Positions 13,796 to 26,080 of a DNA stretch of 64,000 nucleotides are shown piece by piece (position 1 is the stretch's first letter; the number at the start of each line of letters is the position of its first letter). A model generated the notes under the pieces. The model had not been told where the DNA came from, did not search any database, and saw nothing but the letters and a program-made list of their open reading frames with translations. The translations under genes were made by a program, and so were the position numbers. This DNA is from Syncephalis fuscata S228 (taxonomy: Eukaryota > Fungi > Zoopagomycota), in assembly GCA_025786725.1 (NCBI GenBank), contig JAHLTZ010000035.1, positions 62,001-126,000 of the forward strand. Direction: 5' to 3'.

Positions 13796-16552
13796 ATGTT
13801 GCCACAAAGATTGTCGGCTGTGGCTGGTCGTGTGGTACAGCCGCGTATTCAACGTGCTGTAATAGCAAGTATTCAAGCGGTTCACCAACATCGCGCGATT
13901 ACTGGTCTAGCCACAGGTAATAGAGATTTAATCGCAGTCAGACCACCAGGAAACCACAGACGAGATGTTCAACAACTGCCGCTACTAATACTAAAATACA
14001 AAGCTTTCAAGACAGTGAGTAATGGCTGGACTATTATTTAATAAATATTAATATAGAATACGCTATTTAAATAGCTGTTGCTATTCTGGATCACGATTTG
14101 ACTACAGACTTTATTACACCGTCTGCATTACCAGATACTTTGGAGGAGATTACCATTGAGGACTTGTTCGAGAAAGCAATTTTACCTTGGGAGCGACGCC
14201 ATGTAGGAGAATGGCTTATAATGCGATTCCAACTTCCTAAAAAAGGCGCTAATACGATGTTAATCGATGGATGGATTCATCGCTTTTGGGTAACTTTATG
14301 TTAATCTGTATTATATTCTACTTATATTGTTATTAGTGTTATGGATGTACAAAACAATTATTACATCTTGAAAGTTTATGGGAACGTGTACCAAAGTAAT
14401 CCAGGAAGATATACGTGCAAAGACTGCTTATATGTGTGCTAGATTGTGGAGTGGTGATTGTGCCACAGCAGAAGAGTTTTTATATACTGAATTCTTTCAA
14501 ACTGATCTATCATCATTTACACCGGAAAAGAGAGTAGAATATGCCAATATGTCACAACAATTGATTCGTGCACTCTCCTGGGAATATGCCGATCAGTACA
14601 ACTTTAAAGCAACTGCACGTATTGAATTACGGCGACAGTATTGGATCCAGCGTTATAGTCATTTGGACGGTTTAGGATCATGGGACAATAACGAGCCAAC
14701 CATTGTAATGCTACACTATTATTGCTCTCTTTTCCGCCACATGCTTACAAAGACAGTATTAAGCAAACGAGAGTTTCAAAACAATGAAATGCGTTTTAAT
14801 CAACTACTCGAAGATACAAGAAGAAATGCCAAGTTTCAACGAGAATTGGAATTTTATAACATTTTCCTTCGTTGTCAGAATGCACTGTCTCAATTAAGAG
14901 AGCGTTTAGGCATTTTCCCCGATTATTTAAATGCTGACAAAATATTGCGAGAAATGAAATCTGACGGTGTAACACCTAATCGATTTACATATCATTTATT
15001 AATGGAAGGTATTGTTTATTCTCAAATACCATTTCCAGAAAACTTTGATCGTGCCATGTCGATTGCACAACGTATGGATGTTGCTGGCGTAGATCAACGA
15101 GTATCACGCACTTACGAGCTATTAATACGAACATTTCCATTAAGCAACCATGCATATCAACATTCATCTAATTTTATTAAGCATAATTCTTCGCCATTGT
15201 TGAATACATCGACTACGACGACCAATGCAAATGATTCAAGTCTACCTACAGAGCGCAGGGTATGGCGCGTTTACTGTCGATTGAATCGCTTATGCTTGGT
15301 CATCATGAATTTGCTCATACTACGGCCACCATGTGTTCATTCTGGTATCGATTAGCGGCATTGGGTAGATTCAAGGATGTACAAGAGCGATGGGAACAGC
15401 TTTCTAGCGCTGGTGTTCAGTTTGAACGAATTCATTATGATACATTTTTACGTGTGGCCTGTCGACATCCAATGAGTGCATCTTATGCCTTGACAGTAAT
15501 ATTCCATCAAATGCAACGAGAGGTACCATCCATACCATTGGATAGTGGTTTATTACTTGGCTATCTTAACTGTTGTGTGCGTGTAGGCGATAGACACAAG
15601 GCTATACAAATGTTAGAGGCCATGCAACGTCGCATAAGCCCGATAGATGGTGTATCACGTATTCGGCCTCCAATTGTCGATGATCCTTTACAAATGGCTG
15701 ATCCATCAATGTCGCGCGACTGGAACAATTGTTTACGTCCATTGATATATCTGTGCAAACGCTTTGAATCGGAGCTAAGCATAAAGAAAACTGCCGGTAT
15801 TAAACAGCATAACACGGCTTTAAGTCGTCGTTTGCGATCGGCAAGCTATAACACAGATGATCAAATGGATCGTTTGCGTGAACTAACTAACAAGTTATTC
15901 TACCACCCATTAGTCCACGGGCATCGCCGTATCCAAGAGTACGCTACTATATTGATGTTGAACAGAATCTTGATGCAGCGGAAGCGACAATTATCCAACA
16001 TATTCAAGCATATGAAAGTGATGTATCTAACTCGATAGATATGCTTAGCTACGCGGTAGACAACATAGTCTCAACGAAAATGACAGCTTGAATGGATTTA
16101 ACGACGAGGATAAACCACGACCAAATACAAATCCTGCCTATTTTGTACAAGTATCACGTAGTTACGAAAAACTTGCTCGTAGTTACATGGAGATTGGCGA
16201 TTTAGGCAGTGCAAAACAAACACTGATTGATGTAATTAAGCATTATTTAAATTGCGCGCCTGGTCTAGTCCATTTAGCTCAAGGAAAACGACGTGGCCGT
16301 CCATTAATTCTGCCTGATTGGACATTACTCGGTGACTTTGCATTAAAGGCAAGCGATCCAACGGTGACAGAAGAAGAGACAGCACGTAAAGGAGAGAAAT
16401 ACGCTCGATGGGCACTGGCAGAAGCATTACCAGAATTTGAAAAGGCAGCAAAGCTTCGTGGCGACTTGAATCTACCAAATTTACCCTGGATCACTGAGGT
16501 AGAAAGCCGTCTTGGGCAACGAGCAGCACGTATGAACTCTATAACAAAATAA
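13796..16552 (+). CDS. Probable mitochondrial pentatricopeptide-repeat (PPR) protein, apparent frameshifts near 15270 and 16010
   Basis: Arg-rich presequence-like N-terminus MLPQRLSAVAGRVVQPRIQR. PPR-like ADKILREMKSDGVTPNRFTYHLLMEG plus further degenerate helical repeats. Confidence 0.7.
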
Positions 16553-16928
16553 AATATTTGATTTGTGTTTTTTATCTTATCTATTTGTGATAATTAAGTA
16601 ATACAAGTGCATAAAGTTGCTTATTATTGCAAACTACTGCTGTTACAGTTGTATAACACTACAGAAAGGTAAAATGAGATTATAAATTAATAATGCTATG
16701 AAGATTACGCTAAATTTTGTAATAAAACACGTGAAAACATACATACATAATCAACAAGCCACCCATTATCAGTCTTTATTATAAACATCTACCAATAAAG
16801 TATTTAATAAACGATATGTTTTTGGTTTTAAAATTCATTCTGTAAAAATTAATAAAAAGACTTTTTATTACATATGTCCCCTATTGCCTTTGACATTAAT
16901 TATGGCGCAGAACAACAACGTAATTTAG

Positions 16929-18553
16929 TTAATCCAATTTAGGTATAAAGCTTGTAATAAGTGTCATCTTCTTATTCGCTAATAGTATGTGACCAAATGC
17001 AAATTTACAAAATTTTACCTTTGCTATTGGAAATGGATAGACGTTCACATCGCCTGTTACAGCATCAATAATAAGGTATTGGTTAGTGAAGTAATCATAG
17101 CTAAAAAGCTTCGTGCTAATAAGATGCTCAAAGCGCCAAATATTTCATATATATTTATCATATTAATGTCGCGCAAAATCTCTCCATTCAATAGTGAAAT
17201 AACAATCATCGATAAGTAGTCGGTTGAATATAATACAGCCAAATTATGTACTGAAATTAAAAACAATTTTTCAGGGTAATCTGCTGGATATTTACGTTCA
17301 AAAAAAGTTCCTTTGCTTAAAGATACTACTCTAATGAAGCACTGCGAACTTTCTACATTACCATTTGAAGCTTCATCGGTTAGGCTATTGTCATTCGAAG
17401 CCTCATTGGTTAGCCAAAAACTGCTATGGATTAATATGCGATCGTTGTCAATTGAATGAAATTCTGAATCCAAGATTTTTGCATGATTGGGGAACTTTAT
17501 ATGATCTGAAGCAATCATAATTGTTTGCACTTTATCACCATCGATTATTGTCGAGTCTGTGTCAGGCGTAAATAGCACACGGATTATTTGATAAGCAAGT
17601 TTGTACTTATTACTACGGTATTGTATGAGTATTATCCCATTGCTGTCAGATGCGTGTATTCTATTATGATAGGAGTTGCCACCATCTTGAAGGATAATAG
17701 ATTGAGGTTTACCTGATTGCGTTACTGAAAAAACGCTATGTACTAGTCGAGTATAGTAAGATGGTTGCAAATTATTGGATAAACTAATATTTTTTGAGCT
17801 GGGAAACACTAAAGATGCACCTATAATCCTGTCGTCCCAGTAATCAGCAACATCGATAGAATGCAGTAGTTGGCAACTATTTGCATTCCATATCTGAAGT
17901 CTATTGATGGAATCTTTGTAGTACTCTAGACGTATAATTATTCATATATCTTCATCAATGTTATTTACTTGTTGACATTGATAAAATGCTATGTTTTTTA
18001 TCATTTTTAAACAGTCTTTACCCAATTTTAATTGACGATTTTTAACTGTATTATTTGTCAAAATTTCAATTAAATCAACAGAAGGATTATAACGATCTGC
18101 TATTGCAATCCATCCAGGATAACTTGCGGTGATTGTGTTGCGTCCAGTACCTGAATTTATTATGTTATCTATCATAGTGGATTTTATAGAAATGATTGAT
18201 GTTGACTTGTTATTTTGCCAATTTATGCCCAAGTTGATACGCTGACTATATAGTTGAAACCAAGTCAATTTTGATGTAGTTTTATTTTCCATATTAGCTG
18301 CTGATTCTGTTATTCTTGGTTTTTGTGTTAACTGCCATTGTAACCAGTCAACATCGGTATTAATATTACGAGGAAAACGTTGTTGATACAATATCTTCCA
18401 AAATCCGTTACATTTGATAATATAATTATACAACAATTTACAAGTGCGTGCCAAAGCAATAGTCTCAGTTATTTCACTAAATTGCGCTATATAATAAACT
18501 ATCTCAACAACTACAAATATATTTGGCAGCGTATTGTTATTCTGTGTCGGCAT
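16929..18553 (-). CDS. Intronless F-box-like protein with divergent C-terminal domain (frameshifts near 17940 and 17070)
   Basis: LPNIFVVVEIVYYIAQFS...LARTCKLLY...FWKILYQQRF and TWFQLYSQRINLGINW (F-box-like N-terminus). Three adjacent ORF segments. Confidence 0.65.
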
Positions 18554-18753
18554 GATGGAAATAGAAACAAGCAAGCAAAGTACTTGGTTGTAGTAAAAGA
18601 GGCCTTTGAGCTAAACGGAATGACGTATTCAATTGTAAATAAACAAGACTAAATATTTTAATAATGACAATTACTTTATTTGTACAATAATTCAAATTTT
18701 ATATGCATTTTTAGTCTAATTCAATATTTATTTATTTTAAATGTTGGTATAAT

Positions 18754-21410
18754 TTATAATACAGTGTGTTGATTGGTTATATTAATTGCTAATCAGCTTA
18801 TTCTTTATTAGTCGTTATTATCACAGTTTAGCTATAATGAACTGAGTAGGTTGCATGACACTAGTAGAAATAAAACGAAACTTGGAACTAGTAACAGATT
18901 TTATCAAGCAAATAAAGCTATCGTTTTATAGTAATCATAGCTAACAATAGAGTCTGAATAATCTATAGCATTTTGCTATTAAAGCGGCCTATCAACTCAT
19001 GTATGTGCTCTTGACAAATTATCCAATACCATGATGTATTTCTTAACCACTTTACTGTAGCACTATAGCCATAGTATTGGAATGTTAAAAATCAATGGTA
19101 TTTTAATATGGTCGCATCATCATCGACTTGAACCATTGCGAATCAAATGCTCAAACTGCTACTATATCATTTTTTGTCTATTTATGCTGGACATGCTTAA
19201 TATGTGGCTTTAAAAACGCTTCTTTTTCTTTATTGTGTTCATGTATTTATTGATATATTTTAATTATATGCTACAATCTATGTAAACAGCGCACCGTTCG
19301 TAATCCAGTTTCTAGCAATGATCGAATAAATTCTGTAACTTTTGATATTGGCGTTTGAAGAATGGAGACTACACAAAATGGCATTGCTATAACGGGCTAC
19401 ATCCTTTATCATGCCCCCAATACATTTATAGACATAAAAATGCTACTTTAAAACATCTGAAATTTCAGGAACTGTATTGAGATGCGGAGATTAGTTGTTT
19501 ACGGTTTATTCCATGTGCTCGTTTCACGTTTTCCATACAAAAATATATTCCATATTTGTCCAATCTTATAGTAAATACATCGGCTATTGCATGATATATT
19601 TTGCTATAAATGCCTGCATTTTCAGCATATTTATTTGTGTAATCATCACATCGTACTTTTTCCTCACGTACTAGCCTCATAGAAAGTACAGCCTTTTATT
19701 CGACGACTGAACTTGACATAGCTATGTTTACGATAAAGTCATTCTTGCTATCACCACTACTGCATTCATGCTAGTATCGGTTACTCAGGTCACACCTGCT
19801 AATGGCATGCCAGGTTTATTCAGTTCCGAGCCCGAACCCATCAGCAAGTATCTACTCCAGTTTATCTGTATTATTTACTAACATTACTATTCATGTAGAA
19901 TTTATGGATTTTACAGAAGATGATTTAAACAACCTATTTATCACGCATAGTATAAAGCTCAGCGGACAAGAATCTGATATAACGGTGTACGCTATATTGA
20001 CGGAACACAACGTAATGATCCCATTCGACTTGTATGTTCATCAAGTCCAAATACAAATACAAAAATTACGCCATGCAATTATACGGGGCAAGTGTTATAT
20101 AGCAATAACATGCAAACACTAACAAATATAGCCAATCACAGGATTTATGGGGCTCAATTTTAACACATAATATTGACTATAAATATGAAATTGTGTTGCC
20201 TAAAGAGCGACTTACATTACCTAGAGGCAATACATGTTATGTTTTACCCCGAATTAAATGTACAGCAACATACAAAATTGATTCTCAAATCACTAAAGGG
20301 TATGTAGATTCTAATGGCTATTGCCTTACATTATACGAATCATTCTAAATTTTCAATTAGTCTCTTAGTGGATGACATAAGATATCGAGTCAATATGTGG
20401 AGAAGAGTTGGAGAAGGTAAAGGCTTGAACTGTATATACATTGTAAACTAAACTATGATTAGGACTAGAGATCCTAAAAAAAGCGGGATGGTATGCCCAC
20501 AGGGACATTGAGAGTAAGTAAAGTAGACTGCTGTTTACTGGTGTTTGTATTAAATATGTCATTAGACATTTGCATCGTTGAAACAGGAAAGGGCTATAAT
20601 TTATACTTTGTCAACTTTGATCGTGCTATCCCAGTAGGCAAAAATATTATTAATGTTAAAGACACAAATCAAGTTATTTTGCGTCAAGTTTTCTATACAC
20701 TCAAGAAATATTTACAAGTCGGGTTTATAAATGCGTTTAAAGATCGTTATAATTCGAATATAACATGGAGATACAATTGGCGTGCAATGCGTGCAGAGGA
20801 AGCGATTTCGCAATTGCAGGCTTTGGGCGGGCACCGTGACCTTCTACATCCACTTGACAATCTGCTATTAACTAAAGATGATAAATAACGAGTTTTACAA
20901 ATAATCAATATTTACTTAAATAAAACAACGATATGTTATGACTCAATTGATGCAGCTGTGCACTATTACTTGATATTGCCTATTTGTTTATTGAATAATA
21001 ACATTGCATGACCATTGTAAAATGTAGTTTAGCATGATTGAAGTAGCAAACAATCAGTAACTATAAACCAAGCTGGTCAACAATTTGGTACATATATTGT
21101 GTATTTCAATCTACCTGGTTTTTTCTATTATGTTCTGGCTGATTAATATTGTTTGATAATAAACTGCTCCTATTTATAATTTATTATTATGATGTAGTTA
21201 TAGTAAACTGAATAGCATGTATAACAGTAAGTAGAAACAAGATAAATTAGAAGCTAGCAGTTGATATTGATATTGAATAAAGCTATCATTAATAGTAAAC
21301 ATAACTAATAATATAACTTGAGTGTCTTGTAATATTTTATCATTAACACAACATGTTAGTTCATATAACTGCTCATATGCTCGCAACTAACAAGTAATTA
21401 CCATTATATT
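18754..21410 (+). repeat. About 2.7-kb segmental duplication, copy A (direct repeat of 49538-52190)
   Basis: Near-identical sequence over the whole span, differing by scattered transitions and 1-bp indels. Confidence 0.97.
19724..20888 (+). CDS. Secreted pseudokinase-like protein, copy A (5 exons; 1-bp indels near 19740 and 19980)
   Basis: Signal peptide MFTIKS..AITTTAFMLVSVTQVTPANG. Spliced GLEILKKAGWYAHRDIENICIV...YFVNFDRA. GC-AG intron at 20088-20131. Confidence 0.65.
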
Positions 21411-21699
21411 TCTGTAATAGACGTTTGTTACTAGTAATCAGTACTAATATCCAATCTGTGCATTATTTTTGCAATCAATCCCTTGCGATTTTAACAAATT
21501 ATTTAACTACATGGTGTATTCTTAATCGCACTTTAACAAGATAGTAACTACATTATCAGGATAATAGCATTGCTATTTATTATCATTAATCAAATATTAA
21601 TATTATTTCATTAATTCTGGGTCACTTCGCTGATCGTTACATCTATTTAACTAAAAATCATTATTAAGGTCAATGATGTTTTTGGTGTGCCTGAGAATC

Positions 21700-22103
21700 T
21701 TATGTCATGGCAAGAGTACCAGGTATGGCAGGAGTTCCAGGTATAACAGAAGTACCGGGAGTACCGGAGTACCGGAAATGGCAGGAGTGCCAGGTTTACC
21801 AGGATAATAATGGTGATGGTGATGGCGCTTATGCTTAACTCCGTGGATTATTTCGACAGTAGTATATGTGTAGCTAATGTTTGGTTTACGGGGTTTGTGG
21901 GGCTTATGATGGTACTTGTGCTTAACTCCATTGATTATTTCAGTAGTAGTAATAGTAGTATATGTGTAGCTAATCTCTCCATTCGTATGCTTCCCCCGAG
22001 GTTTCACTGCTTTACGAATAATTCGTGGTTTGGCATAAGCGGTATTTAAACTGGTAGTTAAAACCAAGGCAATAGCACAAATAGCGACAACAGAAAACTT
22101 CAT
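21700..22103 (-). CDS. Small secreted His/Lys/Pro-rich repeat protein
   Basis: MKFSVVAICAIALVLTTSLNTAYA signal peptide, 2x ISYTYTT..EII.GVKHK repeats, HHHHH and PGTP repeats. A likely 1-bp deletion near 21766 shifts the tail. Confidence 0.8.
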
Positions 22104-22933
22104 GGTGATTAAATTGGTACAATAAACAAATGGTGTCTGAAATAGTTGGCAAAACAAAGATACAGTATAAAGAATTTTATCAACACTTCAAGCATGCTGT
22201 ATTTAAGTTTAAGGTAAATGATAGCTATGCTATGTCATAGTTTACAATATAGCTATTTAGTTTGAACATGTGACAATCATGTGCATTTTGTCTTCCATAT
22301 GCTTGTGTCCGCGTGTTTGGATTACATGGTCTGCTTTAAAGCTATTTACAAATACGTCATCAGCTGTATCTTAGTTAAATGGCCATGCGATAGCTAACAT
22401 AAAATCCATTTATGTGATATATTGTGATTAATCACAGTGTGTATTTACAGTTGTGCATTGGTGTTTTAACCATACCGATAGATAACGTCAAATGCTTGAA
22501 TGGCCATCAGCTAATCTATAGCTGCATAGTATCGATTCTGCTTTACTAAAATACTTGAATCATCGGAATTGTGCATTAAATAACCATAGAATAGTTTTGT
22601 CACTTAATTTTGTTTTAAACGGTGATCTACATCATGTGGATTGATTGTGCTACACACGACTAATCAGAATAGCCGATTGTGTTACCAAACATTAACATTT
22701 GGCATCACATTTTATAAAGTCTAGCTTTATTCACTTATTTGGATATTAACTGAATTGATTATTACTGATCTATCGTTTAGTGTGGTATACACATTAAAAA
22801 CAACATAATCATACTGCTAATGAGACACTATTCAACACTAATTGGTTAAAAATAACAATATATTAAAGTACAATACATAATAAACTGGATTCATCATTGT
22901 ATCGATCTAGATAGTTGTAACAGCCAATGATGA

Positions 22934-25770
22934 TTAACATCGTTCGAAAATACGATAGAGATCGGGTAAATGAGCGACTTGAACAATACAACGTTGTTCT
23001 ACTAGTGAGGCAGGTATCATAGTGGATGTTTTGAAGGCAGGTAGCACTAAATGCTCCACAACAGATCGATATCGTTCCTTTGCTGGAAGATGATCCTCGT
23101 CAGGCAATGCACAATATGGTGGTGGAGTTAAAGCGTATAGAATGGCCAATTCTCGGGATATATCATCCAGGCATGGCTTTTCTGCCGTCCAATCAACCTA
23201 TCATTTATGTTAATTATAGTTATTGTTTAAATGTTCTTTGCTTACTTCTGATCCCAATCGAAGAAGAAAAGCTGGTAATTTATATAATTCTGGCGTATAT
23301 CCACGTAAATTAATGGCAGTGATAGTAGTTCACCATTAGCGTTAATTTCTAGTGTAAAATATTCCAACAACATAGCACGACGTTCTATTAATAATTCGGT
23401 AACATCATCTGCAATTTCCTCGGTGTACGTAGCTGACTAGCATCTATGTAGTTCATTTCATGTTTTACCGCTAACTGCACTAATTCACGGATGTTTGCGG
23501 TGCAGATAGCCGAATACGACCAAGATTACAAAATTCTCGTAACATTGCCTGATAAAAGAAAGATTGACTGAATACAATTAGAATGTAGTTAATAACTTAT
23601 TTAATTTTAATTACCTAATACGATTTAATTCCATAATATAAAGCCGTGTATCGTGTTGTATTAAAATACGCTCATCATCCACAAATCCGACAAAAATATG
23701 TCCCGTAATAATATTTGTTAAGCCTTTAATGCTATTATTAGTATTATTAGTATCAATTTATACTACTTACCACTATGCATCTGTTTTTGTACTTCCTCGC
23801 GTAATTCTAATACACTAAGAAGTCGTACTTCTGTTCGTGGTCGTTTTGCCGGTCTATACTTGCTATTAGTTACATTCTTTTAATAATAGCCCATTTTACC
23901 GTTGATTATCCGTTACAGCTGTATCTCTTGGTAAATGCTTAATCGTTTCTACTTCTCGTTTATCAAAAGTAGTATCTTTAACTGTCACTTTATCGCTTTC
24001 TTTTTCAGCTGTAACATCTTCCATTTCACTTTCTATCGTGGTCTTTTCTATGTCTTCAAAACTATTGATAGGCGAACTCATCGAAGTGGCTCGATAGAAT
24101 TGTTTTATGGTTTGAGATTGACTATCTGTCCGTACCAAATGTGGATCCCGTATTTTTTCACCATGTCCAGCTGTATTAACTATTCATTATTAGATATAGA
24201 TATGTATTTGTCTAGCATTATCTCTACCTGTGATCTGTCCTTGTTTTATAGGTGTCACTATAACTGGCAGTAATGTCTAACAATACATTAGTAAAATATT
24301 AACTATTTAATACATTCACTTACTTGAGTTAAAAATGTACGTGATTTATTGACGGCATTCAATGCAACATTTAATTGATCCACTACAAATGTTGCTACAG
24401 CTTCTTCGTGCAAAAAATGAACCTATATATATATTATTGTATATTAATCTATGTATCTTATTTATTAATTGTTATTATACTGACCTCTTGCTTTGTTGGG
24501 TGAACATTGACATCAACATGATTCCTGGTAATATCAATGATAAATAAACAAATGGCTTTCCGCCTTTTGGTAAAAAATCTTGATAAACCGTTTCTACTGC
24601 TCGTTTTAATGCTGAACACTCTACTGATCGATCTACGTTTATTGCGTTATATTTAATATTTGGCGACAATAACATCAATCTACTTACTATTGATAAATAA
24701 CAGAAACACAAGTTTACGTTGAGAAAAGTTTGCATTGGTAATATGGCCGGTCAATTGAGCATTTAATGCATCATCTTTACCGTCTACTTCAGTTATTTCA
24801 CTAGCTACTGAATTGCCGTAAATATGTCTGATACAATCTACAGGCGTATAATTATTCATGGTTTGCAAGTCAGATCGATTTTGACCATGCTATTAGTTGT
24901 ATATTAGTGTTATTCAATATTATGTATCGCTAGTTACCTTTTTTATTGAAATACTAACTCCAGCATTATGGATAGCATAGTGTTGAGCAACTGTTAGTAG
25001 ACGATGATATTCATCAGAAGGTGAGCGTAATGCACGTCTACGAGTAGGCATGGTGTAGAACAAATCCTCTACCTAGTTGGTTGATTATTTAATATTGATT
25101 ATTTAATATATTACAGTATTAAGATAAACTTACAATTATACTGGTGCCATCATTGCCCGAACAAGGCTTAACTTCAGAATCGCTGGCATCTTTAGATACA
25201 AGTTTGCCATCTTTATATACTCCTCTAATCATTAAAATTAATACTATATATAATAATGTATATATAGTGCCATACTTAAAGGCACAGGCAGCATCTTTAG
25301 TCTTTGAAATAATGGTTACATGTGCCACATGGCTAATACTCGCTAATGCTTCTCCACGAAATCCAAATGTATTAATGCTGGTTAAATCTTCATAAGTACG
25401 TAGTTTACTGGTGCTAAATCGTTGACATGCCAATGCCATATCATCTCGCTATGTAAAGTAAATTGAGTTATCGTTTATCAGTAGCACTGATTACCTACTT
25501 GAATACCATGACCATCGTCTTGAATCTGTAAGAGTTTTAAACCACCTTCTTTAACGTTTACACGTATATTACGTGAACCAGCATCTAGTGCATTTTCGAG
25601 CAATTCTTTAAACGCATTAGCTGGTCGTTGTATAACCTAGATATACGTAATATATAATTGCATTAATAAGAGTAATCAATATTCTATATAAATCTTGTTT
25701 ATAATACCTCTCCAGCAGCAATCCTATTAACTACAGATACATCAAGTTGTTCTATTCTTGGCGTAGACAT
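22934..25770 (-). CDS. MLH1: DNA mismatch repair protein MLH1, multi-exon
   Basis: [59 protein letters not shown]-terminal [11 protein letters not shown]. Confidence 0.97.
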
Positions 25771-26080
25771 TGTATATAGCTTACAACAAGTAAATTGACC
25801 GTAAAAAAGAAATAGCGCATATATTACACGTGTCCAAACTATCGCGTCTTCCAATGTGTTTATTTAATTCATTTTGACTCGAATCGAGTTGAAATACGTC
25901 AATCAACGCGATGTTTTGTCGAATGTTGATTCGTCAATCAATCCAGGTCAATTACACCCATCCGCTCTCTCTCTCTCGCTTGCCAATGGTTCTACTTGTA
26001 TCCTTCTATAACACTATTACCGCTCCTCTATACTCTACATCATTCTTTGATAAACGCTACTGGTCTTTCTAAAGATTACC

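Noticed and set aside
13796-18553. Calling the PPR and F-box genes pseudogenes
   Set aside because: Only indel-type breaks were seen, and these also occur in essential genes in this window.
18754-21410. Duplicated cassette as an autonomous transposon or Helitron
   Set aside because: No transposase or Rep/helicase ORF, terminal repeats, target-site duplication or clear Helitron ends seen.
25998-26006. GTATCCTT U12-like donor upstream of beta-COP
   Set aside because: Lies in the promoter/5'UTR with no convincing branch site or acceptor.
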